From a virus, in the IMG/VR virus record IMGVR_UViG_3300001796_000003, positions 7,577 to 71,576 of that record: a DNA stretch of 64,000 bases; one strand, 5' to 3'. Shown one piece after another: positions 55,723-64,000 of the stretch (position 1 is the first letter of the stretch; each line of letters opens with the position of its first letter). The position numbers were made by a program, and so were the translations under genes. The notes beneath the pieces were generated by a model. It did no database searches. It was not told the DNA's origin and saw only the letters and a list, made by a program, of their open reading frames with translations.

Positions 55723-57679
55723 AAAGAAGACAACGCAGCCAGGGCTCACAATAGAGCAGAAGCGCAAGATCATGCTTCAGCCTTGCAAGACTAAGGCTGA
55801 GTTAAAGGCATGGATTAAGTATTTTCTTGGTCTTGATCTTCCTGATTTTACAGTCTCAAGACATGCGGATACCAATCCCCTTCTGGTTGTTTGGGAGATC
55901 TACGATATCTGCGTGAATAAGAATAACCCCGACAAGATTCAGGAGTTGCTCTATGTCGCGTCCCGAGGTTCTGGAAAGACTCTCGGTGCAGCTATCGCAG
56001 AGTTCATGATCATGCTTCACGATCAGCGCGATATCGCTCACGTTGGCGCTATTATGTCACAGGCCGAACGTGCATACGAGTATATTCAGCAGTTCTGTGT
56101 CGCCCCTAACGTCAAGGCTATCATTGATCCTCCCGGAGTCCCCGAGAGTGAGAAGATCCTCCAGAAGAACACGATGTCTAAGAGCGTTTTCGAGGTCAAT
56201 GGCACCAAGTGTGCTATGGAAATTCTGCCTACCACAATGAAGGCGCTTAACGGCGTCCACTGTTCGCTTGTCTCCTGCGATGAGCTCGATACGTTGCAAG
56301 GTGAAGGCCTCAAGGCCATTAAGGAAGTAGCGGGCATGTTGGATACGAAGAAGGGCAAGAAGCCGCTTCGTATCGGTATCTCTACTCGTAAGTCGCGTGC
56401 CGGTCTCATGAATGAGATGATGGAAAACGCGATCAACAAGAGAGGGGAACGCGTACGTCATATTCGTTGCTGGACGGCCCTGGAATTCACGGAGAGATGC
56501 ACGGACGAACGATCCGGCACAACACCCACCGATTATTACCTCAATGTAGAGAAGGGCGAGGTTATCACGACTCAGGCTTATGACAAGCTGGAGCCCTCAA
56601 AGCAGAAGGACTACTTTCTAGAGAAAGGAATGTACGACAAGTGCCGTACGTGTCCGGTTGCTGTATTCTGTCGTGGCGATGCTAAGAAGCAAGTCTCGAC
56701 GTCGAACATGCTTAAGACCATCGATGAGCTCAATCAGAAGATCCTTGGTGAAGGCTACGACTGGGCAGCATCTCAGCTATTTAACCTCAAACCTTCCTCA
56801 GAAGGTATCGTCTTCAAGGAGTTCGAGGAAAAGACTCACGTCAAGAGCTGGAACCAGATGTGGTACACTCTCACTGGTAAAGAGTTCCCAGGCAACTGTA
56901 CTCATGATCTGTTCGTTAAGAAGTGCTTGGAGATGGGCTTGCCTTGCTACGGCGGCATCGACTGGGGTTGGAGCAACCCGCACACAATCGTTTATGCCTT
57001 CGTAGATAAGAATGAGAATGTCTACATTGTCAAGTGCGACGGCATGACCTATATCTCACAGCCTATGTGGATTCACCAGATCAAGACCAAGTACCATAAC
57101 AAGTATCGCTGTCAACTATATGCACCTGACCTTGCAGATAAGGGCTCCGTGTTAGAAATGCAGAAGGCGGGTCTACCCTGTGCTAACGACGCTATTAAGC
57201 CAGAGATCAATGCTAGTATCCAGACAGTGAAGAAGTTTTTACGTGTTCCTGGTCTTTCCCAGCCCAAGCTGCTCCTGGCTGAGGAGACGTGCAAGCCGCT
57301 CATTGATGAGTTTACTAAGTACCACTACAAGCTTAATGCAGCTGGCGAGCTCACCGACGATCCCGATGACCGTGACAACCACTGGATCGATGCCCTTCGA
57401 TATATGATGCACACCCTGTTTGGCAAGAGCACTATCGTTCTGGGTGGTGGCCTGGCCTTTAGTGACCTCGAGGGGTTACAGACTCCCGTTGGTGACTACA
57501 ACAGAATGCCCACCCCAATGGAGTATGCCCTCACCCAGGGAATTAAGATTAGTACTGAAGCCCCAGATACTTCTCGATTGGGCAAGATCGGAACATCCCG
57601 AGAACTGGATAAAGAAGCCGAGCTAGAGGAAGAGGGCGAGAATGCCAACTCAGCAGGTAACTTCCTCTGGAACTTTTAA
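55715..57679 (+). CDS. terL: terminase large subunit
   Basis: Walker A ASRGSGKT, Walker B SCDE, nuclease GIDWG, NHWIDALRY; followed by portal. Confidence 0.9.
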   Translation: MAKKKTTQPGLTIEQKRKIMLQPCKTKAELKAWIKYFLGLDLPDFTVSRHADTNPLLVVWEIYDICVNKNNPDKIQELLYVASRGSGKTLGAAIAEFMIMLHDQRDIAHVGAIMSQAERAYEYIQQFCVAPNVKAIIDPPGVPESEKILQKNTMSKSVFEVNGTKCAMEILPTTMKALNGVHCSLVSCDELDTLQGEGLKAIKEVAGMLDTKKGKKPLRIGISTRKSRAGLMNEMMENAINKRGERVRHIRCWTALEFTERCTDERSGTTPTDYYLNVEKGEVITTQAYDKLEPSKQKDYFLEKGMYDKCRTCPVAVFCRGDAKKQVSTSNMLKTIDELNQKILGEGYDWAASQLFNLKPSSEGIVFKEFEEKTHVKSWNQMWYTLTGKEFPGNCTHDLFVKKCLEMGLPCYGGIDWGWSNPHTIVYAFVDKNENVYIVKCDGMTYISQPMWIHQIKTKYHNKYRCQLYAPDLADKGSVLEMQKAGLPCANDAIKPEINASIQTVKKFLRVPGLSQPKLLLAEETCKPLIDEFTKYHYKLNAAGELTDDPDDRDNHWIDALRYMMHTLFGKSTIVLGGGLAFSDLEGLQTPVGDYNRMPTPMEYALTQGIKISTEAPDTSRLGKIGTSRELDKEAELEEEGENANSAGNFLWNF

Positions 57680-57682
57680 CGG
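57667..57682 (+). repeat. direct repeat copy 1 (CTGGAACTTTTAACGG)
   Basis: Spans the terL stop; matches 59833-59849 except for one T. Confidence 0.6.
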
Positions 57683-57734
57683 TTTAAAGCCCTTAAACTC
57701 AGTACAGGGTACAATGGTCCAATAGGGTGACTAA

Positions 57735-59696
57735 ATGGCTTTCTGGGACAATTGGCTTAAAAAGAGTATTCAGGGTGAAATTTCAGAGTTGCTGAAGGCG
57801 GACGGTATTCCTGCGCCGACGCCTGTTATTTCTGAGACTAATACGGCGGACATGTTGCCGGATGCTCCCGAGAAGTCGGAAGATGATAAGAAGATTGCGC
57901 GACAGTTTGTTGAAGATCCGTACTTTGACATGGTTAGCAATAATTACAACTATAAGACGAAGCTTAGCCGTATCACCAATCGCACACTTAAGGAAGTCTC
58001 CCTTCGCGACTGGCTAATCTCGTCCATCATGCAGATCAGAGTTGATACCGCTGCCCGGTTCGGTCGTCCGGAGCACCGCCGTCATGAGATGGGCTTCCGT
58101 TTTGTCAAGAGAGATGCTGATTCCGACTACACTCCTCAGGAACGTGATGAGATCGCCCAACTAGAAGACTTCGTCTATAATTGCGGTCGTAGAGAAAATG
58201 TCCCCGCTGAAGACAAGCTGCTCTTTGGCGAATTTCTAAAGCTCACGGTTCGTGATGCTCTTACCTTTGGCCATGTAGCTGTTGAAAAGGTAAAGACGCG
58301 CACTGGTGGCTTGCACCGCTTCCGCCCGCGTCCCGCAGAGTCTATCTATCTCATTAATAAGCAGATGCCGAAGGCGACTGTTCAAGCTGATGCAAAAGCT
58401 GCTCGTAAACTTGCTGCACCTAAGAGCGATAACGATCCCGTACAAGACCAGGAACTAAACACGCCGGAACACCAGTATGAAAAATATGTCCAGGTGTCCT
58501 ACGATAATCGGACACTGGCCACCTTTGGCGACGAAGACCTCATCTTCAAACTCTTTAATCCTCAGAACTTCATTGACTCCCGTGGGTATTGCTACAGTCC
58601 CTTAGAGCTAGCAATCATCACTGTTCGTTCGCACTTGGATGTAGAGAACTACAACGTTAACTTCTTCACCCACGGCTATGCTTCTAAAGGCATTCTCCAC
58701 CTCAAGGGTACGGTTACTCAGCAGCAGCTGGCTAACTTCCGTCGCTCCTTCTATAACAGCATCACTGGGCAGCAGAATGCCTGGAGAACCCCGATCGTTG
58801 CTGGTCTCGAGGAAGTGCAGTGGGTTCCGATTTCAGCTTCGGCGAAGGAAATGGAGTACATTAACTTCAACAACCACCTGATGCGCATTCTCTGCACTCA
58901 GTTCCAGATTGACCCGATGGAACTCGGTCTTGATTACCTCGTCTCTGGTAACGGCAAGGGCAACATGCAGGCCGCAAGCAGCGAGTACAAGGTGAACTTC
59001 TCCCGTGAACGTGGTTTGCTTCCTATCCTCACATTCATTGAAGATCTAATCAACTGCGATATCGTTCCGGCTATCGATAAGGAGATGTCCGCGAAGTATC
59101 GCTTCATCTTTACCGGTTACACGGATGAAACTCCGCAAACGGAGATTGCTCAATTGCAAGCCGAGATCTCGGTTTACAAGAGCATGAATGATGTGTTACG
59201 CCAGGCACAGAAGGATCCACTCAAACACAAGATCGCCGATTTGCCTCTCAGCGCAGGTTTCTGGGCTCTAGTCGAAAAGAACTACACTCGTGGAGAGATA
59301 CGTGAGATGTTCTTGGGAGATACGGGCGCCTCACAGCGCAAGGAACTCCAGTACATTCCTGGGGATCCCAGCTTCGCTGCTTGGCAGCAGTTCTTGGCTT
59401 CAATTGTAAACATGAAGGAACAGAAGCAGCAGATGGCCGCTCAGCAAGATGCACAGGCTCAGCAGGCTCAGCAGGAGCAGGCTAAGGCCGAACAGGAAGC
59501 TCGTCATGCTGAAGAAGCTCACGGCCGTGACAAGGAGAAGCATGAGATGGAGATGGAGCAGTTGAAGGCAAATCATGCTCACAACGCCGTCAAGGCCGCT
59601 TCTCTGCGCGATTCTGCGAAAGAATTCGGTGCAACGAAGGCCAATCATATTGGTGGCCAAACGTTAGCAAACCCGATTAACAAGCTTGGTGAGTAA
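57735..59696 (+). CDS. portal protein
   Basis: After terL; GYCYSPLE, FFT.G..SKGILH, R..FY....G..NAWRTPI, F.IDPMELG motifs of large-phage portals. Confidence 0.9.
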   Translation: MAFWDNWLKKSIQGEISELLKADGIPAPTPVISETNTADMLPDAPEKSEDDKKIARQFVEDPYFDMVSNNYNYKTKLSRITNRTLKEVSLRDWLISSIMQIRVDTAARFGRPEHRRHEMGFRFVKRDADSDYTPQERDEIAQLEDFVYNCGRRENVPAEDKLLFGEFLKLTVRDALTFGHVAVEKVKTRTGGLHRFRPRPAESIYLINKQMPKATVQADAKAARKLAAPKSDNDPVQDQELNTPEHQYEKYVQVSYDNRTLATFGDEDLIFKLFNPQNFIDSRGYCYSPLELAIITVRSHLDVENYNVNFFTHGYASKGILHLKGTVTQQQLANFRRSFYNSITGQQNAWRTPIVAGLEEVQWVPISASAKEMEYINFNNHLMRILCTQFQIDPMELGLDYLVSGNGKGNMQAASSEYKVNFSRERGLLPILTFIEDLINCDIVPAIDKEMSAKYRFIFTGYTDETPQTEIAQLQAEISVYKSMNDVLRQAQKDPLKHKIADLPLSAGFWALVEKNYTRGEIREMFLGDTGASQRKELQYIPGDPSFAAWQQFLASIVNMKEQKQQMAAQQDAQAQQAQQEQAKAEQEARHAEEAHGRDKEKHEMEMEQLKANHAHNAVKAASLRDSAKEFGATKANHIGGQTLANPINKLGE

Positions 59697-59700
59697 TGTT

Positions 59701-59820
59701 CTCTTGCGAGCTTTGGTCAATCAATCGACTTCTGCGCTTCTCAGGTTTCCGTCTATATGTTGCTGTAGACGGAACACTTGGATAAGCGTTTAAACCTGAG
59801 AAGCCAATCAGGATTGGCCT
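59701..59820 (-). ncRNA. candidate structured ncRNA (three-way junction plus flanking hairpins)
   Basis: 13-bp perfect helix (59736-48/59792-804) enclosing two 7-bp hairpins; further hairpins at 59801-20, 59716-29 and 59701-10 (GCAA loop); G-U pairs occur on the minus strand. Confidence 0.55.
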
Positions 59821-59832
59821 TAAATGGTACGG

Positions 59833-59849
59833 CTGGAACTTTTTAACGG
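59833..59849 (+). repeat. direct repeat copy 2 (CTGGAACTTTTTAACGG)
   Basis: Spans the stop of the minus-strand IMPDH/GMPR gene. Confidence 0.6.
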
Positions 59850-60886
59850 GTAAGTAGGTGTGGCTTGCTTTCGGCCATACCATTGCCCGTTATGGTGACG
59901 TATTGCGCGTATCGGTGAAGATCCTTCAGGTTGTCTACACCGGAATAGCTGAAACCAGAGCGCATCCCGCCAACCAGTTGTTCCACGATATCTGCTACTG
60001 AATTTTTAAAGTCTACAATTGTTGATTCACCCTCAGGAGTGTACGAAGAGTTTGTTTGAGCCACTGAATTACGTGCTGCTCTGCTGGCCATGCCGCGATA
60101 CTCCTTTACCCAACGATACTGACCATCTTTATCCACAAGCTGACGAAATTCGCCAGGCGTCTCCGGACTTCCCGCAAACAGGGACCCTACCATTATCATG
60201 TCTGCACCAAAAGCGAGTGCCTTGACGCAATCGCCTGCGTTGCGGATACCGCCGTCAGCAATAATTGCTACATTGGGATGTGTGAGCTTAATCCTCGCGC
60301 ACTCTTCAATGGCTGACAGCTGAGGAACGCCATGGCCGGTAACGATACGTGTAGTACACAGAGAGCCAGGACCAATACCGACCTTGATTACCTGTGCACC
60401 AGCATCTGCCAAACGCTGTGCAGCACTTAGAGTCGCAACATTACCTGCGATCACGTTGACCTTTGCATCAGTTAGACAACGTACCATTTCGATCATATGT
60501 TTGCTGTCACCGTGGGCGATATCTACGTTAATAGCGAACACACCCTCATTCCAGTACTTCATGGCTATATCGAAGTCTTCGGGTTTAACTCCGATAGAGG
60601 GAGCCGCTAGACACTTGGCCATGTGAATTTCCTTTATCCACGAGAGAACTTTTTCAGGCGTTGCGTATCTATGTAGAAGCCCTAAACCACCAAGCTGAAA
60701 CATCTTCTGCGCCATAAGAGACTCAGTGATTGTGTCCATATTGGCAGAACAAATGGGCGTAGAAAACGGAACGCCAAAAAGACTTGTGCTTAAGTCGACA
60801 TCTTTTCGCGATGCTATTTCAGAATACTGGGGTACAAGAAGTACATCATCAAACGTTAATGCATTGGATTTAATTAGGATTGGCAT
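59843..60886 (-). CDS. IMPDH/GMP reductase family enzyme lacking CBS domains (GMP reductase favoured)
   Basis: [57 protein letters not shown]; likely start ATG 60886. Confidence 0.92.
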   Translation of the reverse strand: MPILIKSNALTFDDVLLVPQYSEIASRKDVDLSTSLFGVPFSTPICSANMDTITESLMAQKMFQLGGLGLLHRYATPEKVLSWIKEIHMAKCLAAPSIGVKPEDFDIAMKYWNEGVFAINVDIAHGDSKHMIEMVRCLTDAKVNVIAGNVATLSAAQRLADAGAQVIKVGIGPGSLCTTRIVTGHGVPQLSAIEECARIKLTHPNVAIIADGGIRNAGDCVKALAFGADMIMVGSLFAGSPETPGEFRQLVDKDGQYRWVKEYRGMASRAARNSVAQTNSSYTPEGESTIVDFKNSVADIVEQLVGGMRSGFSYSGVDNLKDLHRYAQYVTITGNGMAESKPHLLTR

Positions 60887-60892
60887 GAGGGG

Positions 60893-60926
60893 ATTGTACC
60901 AGATTAGATCGCCTTTATGGTAAAAT
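60893..60926. promoter_or_regulatory. back-to-back extended -10 promoters
   Basis: Minus-strand TGGTACAAT (hexamer 60898-60893) and plus-strand TGGTAAAAT (60918-60926). Confidence 0.6.
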
Positions 60927-60946
60927 GACAACTAAGGAGACCTAGT

Positions 60947-61636
60947 ATGGTTAATGAGGAAGATTTTATTGTTAAGGTGTATGAGCGAAAAAATGGAAAG
61001 TTGAACAGGCAGAAGTGGTACATGCACTCTTGCGATAATTGTGGTCTCGAGCGAGGCTATGCACCTAAAAACAAGACCGGACTGTGTATTTCATGCGCAT
61101 GCAAAGGACGGGTTATAAGTGCTCAACAGAAACGTCAAATAGCTCAAACTCTTAAGGGTAATAAGAATGCCGCTAATATTAAGCCCGAGGCTGTTATCAA
61201 GCGTACGGCAAAACGAATGGGGATGACTGTTGAGCACTATTTGGCTCAAAGAGAAATGTCTAAGACATTACGTCGAATCAAGAAAAACATGTGTGATCGA
61301 CTGATCAGATTCATTAAGGATGAACGCCGCTCTGTTAAGTATTTCTCTTTTTCCCGAAAAGAATTACTGGATCACATTGAAAAACAATTCGCTAATCATC
61401 CTGACACACAAGAGCCCATGACGTGGTTTAATTACGGCCGAATTAGTCGAATCAATTGTTGGGAGATTGACCACAAAATTCCGTTAAGGTATAAAGAAAA
61501 CGGTTCTTTTTATTGGAATCAAGAAGAGCTTAAAGATTACAAGTCGGAAACTTTCAAGAAAGCATGGGCATTAGACAATTTACAACCCAAATGGGCTAAG
61601 TTAAATTGGTCGAAAGGCTCTCGCTTCAAGGACTAA
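60947..61636 (+). mobile_element. HNH homing-endonuclease gene with Zn and NUMOD3-like N-terminus
   Basis: CDNC..CISC, ISAQQKRQIAQTLKG, WFNYG....WEIDHKIPL...ALDNLQPKW..N..K. Confidence 0.8.
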
Positions 61637-61637
61637 C

Positions 61638-62420
61638 ATGCTTATTTGCATTTGTGGCTTAGATAGAACCGGAAAAACTACGGTGGCTGAGTCTTATAAG
61701 AGTAAGGGATTTGAAGTAGTTCATTTGTCGGCGCCAGATAAGAAGTATACTGCCGAAGGATATTCGGGTCCCTCTTATTTAGATGATTATGTGGACATGC
61801 TGCTTTCGTTTCAAGGTAAGAATGTGGTTCTAGATAGATTTTGGGACGGCGAATTTATTTGGAGTAAGGTATTTGGTAGAAAGCCTCTATTAACTGAGGA
61901 AGATGTTGAGACTCTTCGAGAAATAGAGCGCAACATGGGTGTTTCATATGTAATGATGCATGACCCCAACGTGGAAACTCACTGGAAGCGCTGCGTAGAT
62001 AACAATGAACCCCTGACCAAAGCTCAGTTTGTGCTTGCTCGTAAGCTCTATAATGAATTAGCTAATAAGTATGGCTTTGAACGCAAGACTCTGCAGGATT
62101 ACAGCGATATCGAGATCACTGTAGAAGAGCCCAAGGCCAAGGAAGAGCCGGAGAAGAAGGTGGCTCCTGCGCCCAAGTTGACCAACGAGCAGATTAAACT
62201 CGAAACTGCTAATGCTATCAACGAGGTCCTCGGCAAGCGCATTATCAAGCAGAAGGGGCCAATCTATGACAAGATTGAAGGCAACCTTCGAAACTTCCTT
62301 AATACCGAGCTTGGGAAAATTCTCGGTACAAAGAATGAGATTCAAACAGGACAATTTACATCAGAAGAAGTTGAGGTATTACGCTTCTTCGCTAAGAAGC
62401 TTAAGGAGAATTCAAAATGA
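61638..62420 (+). CDS. thymidylate/dNMP kinase-like P-loop kinase with C-terminal extension
   Basis: ICGLDRTGKTT P-loop, VVLDRF motif. Confidence 0.75.
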   Translation: MLICICGLDRTGKTTVAESYKSKGFEVVHLSAPDKKYTAEGYSGPSYLDDYVDMLLSFQGKNVVLDRFWDGEFIWSKVFGRKPLLTEEDVETLREIERNMGVSYVMMHDPNVETHWKRCVDNNEPLTKAQFVLARKLYNELANKYGFERKTLQDYSDIEITVEEPKAKEEPEKKVAPAPKLTNEQIKLETANAINEVLGKRIIKQKGPIYDKIEGNLRNFLNTELGKILGTKNEIQTGQFTSEEVEVLRFFAKKLKENSK

Positions 62421-63055
62421 AGGCTATTCGTGGAGTAAAGCAGGCACCGAAGCTTAACAAGGCTGAAACCATCATCTCGATGGACAAGGAGATCAAGAAT
62501 CTCCAGATGGCTGGTCGTGTCTCTCAGATGATGACCCAACAGCTTATGCAGAATCTACAGAATATGAGTCAGGATCTTGGCAAGGCGTTCAAGATCATCA
62601 ACGAGATGCAGTATAAGATTCTCGCGATGCAGGCGGTTGGCAGCTTCGACTCTGCAGCGATGACTGCTAAGGCCGACGAACTCCGTCTCAAGGATTTCTC
62701 CGAGGCTTCAGAGGCTGAGGATAAGGCCGGTAATTTCACGGTCGGTGATGTGGTACAGGAAGACAGTACGGTAATCATCACCTCTACTGCTCCTTCAGGG
62801 GAAGGTATCTTCCGGTCGCGTATCAAGCTCGCGGATAGCGGCGTTCCTGCACTCATCCGTGACCTCTCGGGTAAGCCGGTCGGTACCAAGGTGACCTGCC
62901 AGCTCAACGGTGAGGAGCACATGGTCGAGTTGCTCGGTATTCGTAATCCTCCTCCGGCTGTTGAGGTTGTCCCTGTAGGTGAACCTGTCGTTAACGGTGA
63001 CGGTTCTGTCGATCAGAAGTTCGAGCGCATCCCTACTGATACCACGGTGCACTAA
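62417..63055 (+). CDS. coiled-coil protein with FKBP/GreA-CTD-like C-terminal domain
   Basis: VQEDSTVII...IKLADSGVPALIRDLSGKPVGTKVTC.LNGE...VELLGIR. Confidence 0.45.
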   Translation: MKAIRGVKQAPKLNKAETIISMDKEIKNLQMAGRVSQMMTQQLMQNLQNMSQDLGKAFKIINEMQYKILAMQAVGSFDSAAMTAKADELRLKDFSEASEAEDKAGNFTVGDVVQEDSTVIITSTAPSGEGIFRSRIKLADSGVPALIRDLSGKPVGTKVTCQLNGEEHMVELLGIRNPPPAVEVVPVGEPVVNGDGSVDQKFERIPTDTTVH

Positions 63056-63270
63056 TGTCCGAGGTCAAGATCATCTTGAAGCGTTCTCCTCGGGACCCGG
63101 AGAATGGCGTATGGATTGATGGTGTTAAGGTTCCAGATGTCAAGGATGTTACGGTTTACGGTGCGGCCACCGATGCACCGCAAGTAGTCGTAACCCTTCT
63201 TCCCAAGAAGATCACCATCGGGCTTGATAACCCCGATGTTGATATGGTGCCCGATGACCACAAAAACTAA
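63055..63270 (+). CDS. small hypothetical protein
   Basis: 71 aa, coupled to the upstream stop (TAATG). Confidence 0.65.
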   Translation: MSEVKIILKRSPRDPENGVWIDGVKVPDVKDVTVYGAATDAPQVVVTLLPKKITIGLDNPDVDMVPDDHKN

Positions 63271-63664
63271 GATGGATGATCGTTGCCCTCGGGCATTGAA
63301 GGAAATGCCAAATACTTTTTGCCCGCTCGCGGTTACTCGCCTGCGGGCAATTCGTACCGCGGGGAGAGAGCTTTCTGAAGAAGAGGAAAATGCCCTACCG
63401 GGTTGTCCTTGGGCAGTAAATAGTCAGACCGCTAATTATTGCTTCTTTAAATACATCGATGAGCTAGCTGCTGAACACACCCTCTCTGATGTTGAGGTTG
63501 CTGCACTCAATTGTCTTTCAGTTGATACTGTAAAGAAGGTTGAAAAAGAAGCAATGGCTAAGATTAAAGCTCGCGATGAGTTTGCTAACCTTCGGAAGAA
63601 TCTAGAAGGTGAGGCTATTTTTGATGAGCCTCACGCCGATGGTGAGTATGGGTTTGGTAATTAA
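63254..63664 (+). CDS. Cys-rich protein with sigma70 region-4-like HTH
   Basis: Four spaced Cys, then TLSDVEVAALNCLSVDTVKKVEKEAMAKIK. Confidence 0.55.
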   Translation: MTTKTKMDDRCPRALKEMPNTFCPLAVTRLRAIRTAGRELSEEEENALPGCPWAVNSQTANYCFFKYIDELAAEHTLSDVEVAALNCLSVDTVKKVEKEAMAKIKARDEFANLRKNLEGEAIFDEPHADGEYGFGN

Positions 63665-63999
63665 CTCTTGCCAAGTTCAGGATTCGCTAGCGTAGTGCGC
63701 AAGTGATTCCACTTCTTTTCGTTGTGATCCCACGCCCAATGGTGCTTCTGCACCTGCGGGCGAACGACACGATGCATTTTTTCTTCGCCGGTAGTCGGAT
63801 CCTTCTCCTTGAAGAAGTGATTAGTATCGACGATCTTCCCAGTGGTGGTTGCCCCCTGATTGTGGAAGGTTCCCTGTTTGATGCGCGTTCCAGGTGCTCC
63901 AGTCTTCTCATCAGTAAAGGGTTCGTGGGGTGGCTGAAGTTCTTGTTTCACCTTGGGTGCTACAGCAGGCTTGATGCCTTTGTCGATATTCGTCTGCTG
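63661..63999 (-). CDS. C-terminal part of a hypothetical protein starting beyond the window
   Basis: Frame is open to the window edge (QQTNIDKGIKPAVAPKVKQELQPP...); GTG 63951 is internal. Confidence 0.7.
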   Translation of the reverse strand, partial: QQTNIDKGIKPAVAPKVKQELQPPHEPFTDEKTGAPGTRIKQGTFHNQGATTTGKIVDTNHFFKEKDPTTGEEKMHRVVRPQVQKHHWAWDHNEKKWNHLRTTLANPELGKS

Positions 64000-64000
64000 C

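Noticed and set aside
45582-57679. Inteins or group I introns in dnaE, recA or terL
   Set aside because: ORFs are continuous, lengths fit the families, and no intein splice motifs were seen.
59400-59600. Gln/Ala-rich repetitive portal C-terminus
   Set aside because: Protein-level low complexity typical of portal tails, not a DNA tandem repeat.
59736-59804. Purine riboswitch or hammerhead identity for the three-way junction
   Set aside because: It lies downstream of the purine gene and lacks the conserved junction and loop bases of purine riboswitches; no CUGANGA core precedes the GAAAC.
59677-59883. 68-aa minus-strand ORF
   Set aside because: Overlaps both GMPR and portal ends, has no SD, and runs through a highly paired element; probably not coding.
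4297-63254. Track start positions 1609, 4297, 5427, 36692, 44650, 52659, 54683, 55709, 60931, 63224
   Set aside because: Upstream near-cognate or SD-less starts; downstream ATGs with SD or promoter spacing are better supported.
1-64000. Stop-codon reassignment
   Set aside because: All conserved genes are full length under the standard code.
1-64000. CRISPR array, DGR or retron
   Set aside because: No regularly spaced repeats, no reverse transcriptase, no template/variable repeat pair seen by eye.

Overview
This window is a contiguous segment of a large myovirus-type (contractile-tail) phage genome. From left to right: a complete tail/baseplate/fibre module (sheath, three tandem tube-fold genes, chaperone pair, tape measure, hub, spike, 2116-aa baseplate-J, wedge, fibres; ~0.35-31 kb); a minus-strand primase/helicase block; a T4-style recombination/replication set (UvsW, gp46/47-like SbcCD, gp32-like SSB, UvsY, RecA) paired with a family-C DNA polymerase (DnaE); dUTPase, GroEL and HNH endonucleases; then terminase and portal, an IMPDH/GMP-reductase and a nucleotide kinase. 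Features absent from the ORF track are the most notable: a non-canonical tRNA-Pro(UGG) with its own promoter, antisense between sheath and tube (4640-4712); a strongly paired three-way-junction element on the minus strand just after the portal (59701-59820), next to one copy of a 16/17-nt direct repeat that brackets the portal gene; a recurrent TAnAAT-N6/7-ATG layout suggesting leaderless mRNAs; and a probable non-canonical -1 frameshift at a Pro codon in the tail chaperone. Protein-level oddities include a methyltransferase lacking its catalytic motif, a clan-CD protease-like ORF, a possible one-piece spanin, a GNAT behind a disordered leader and two sigma-region-4-like proteins. All product calls come from motif recognition by eye; no database search was run.
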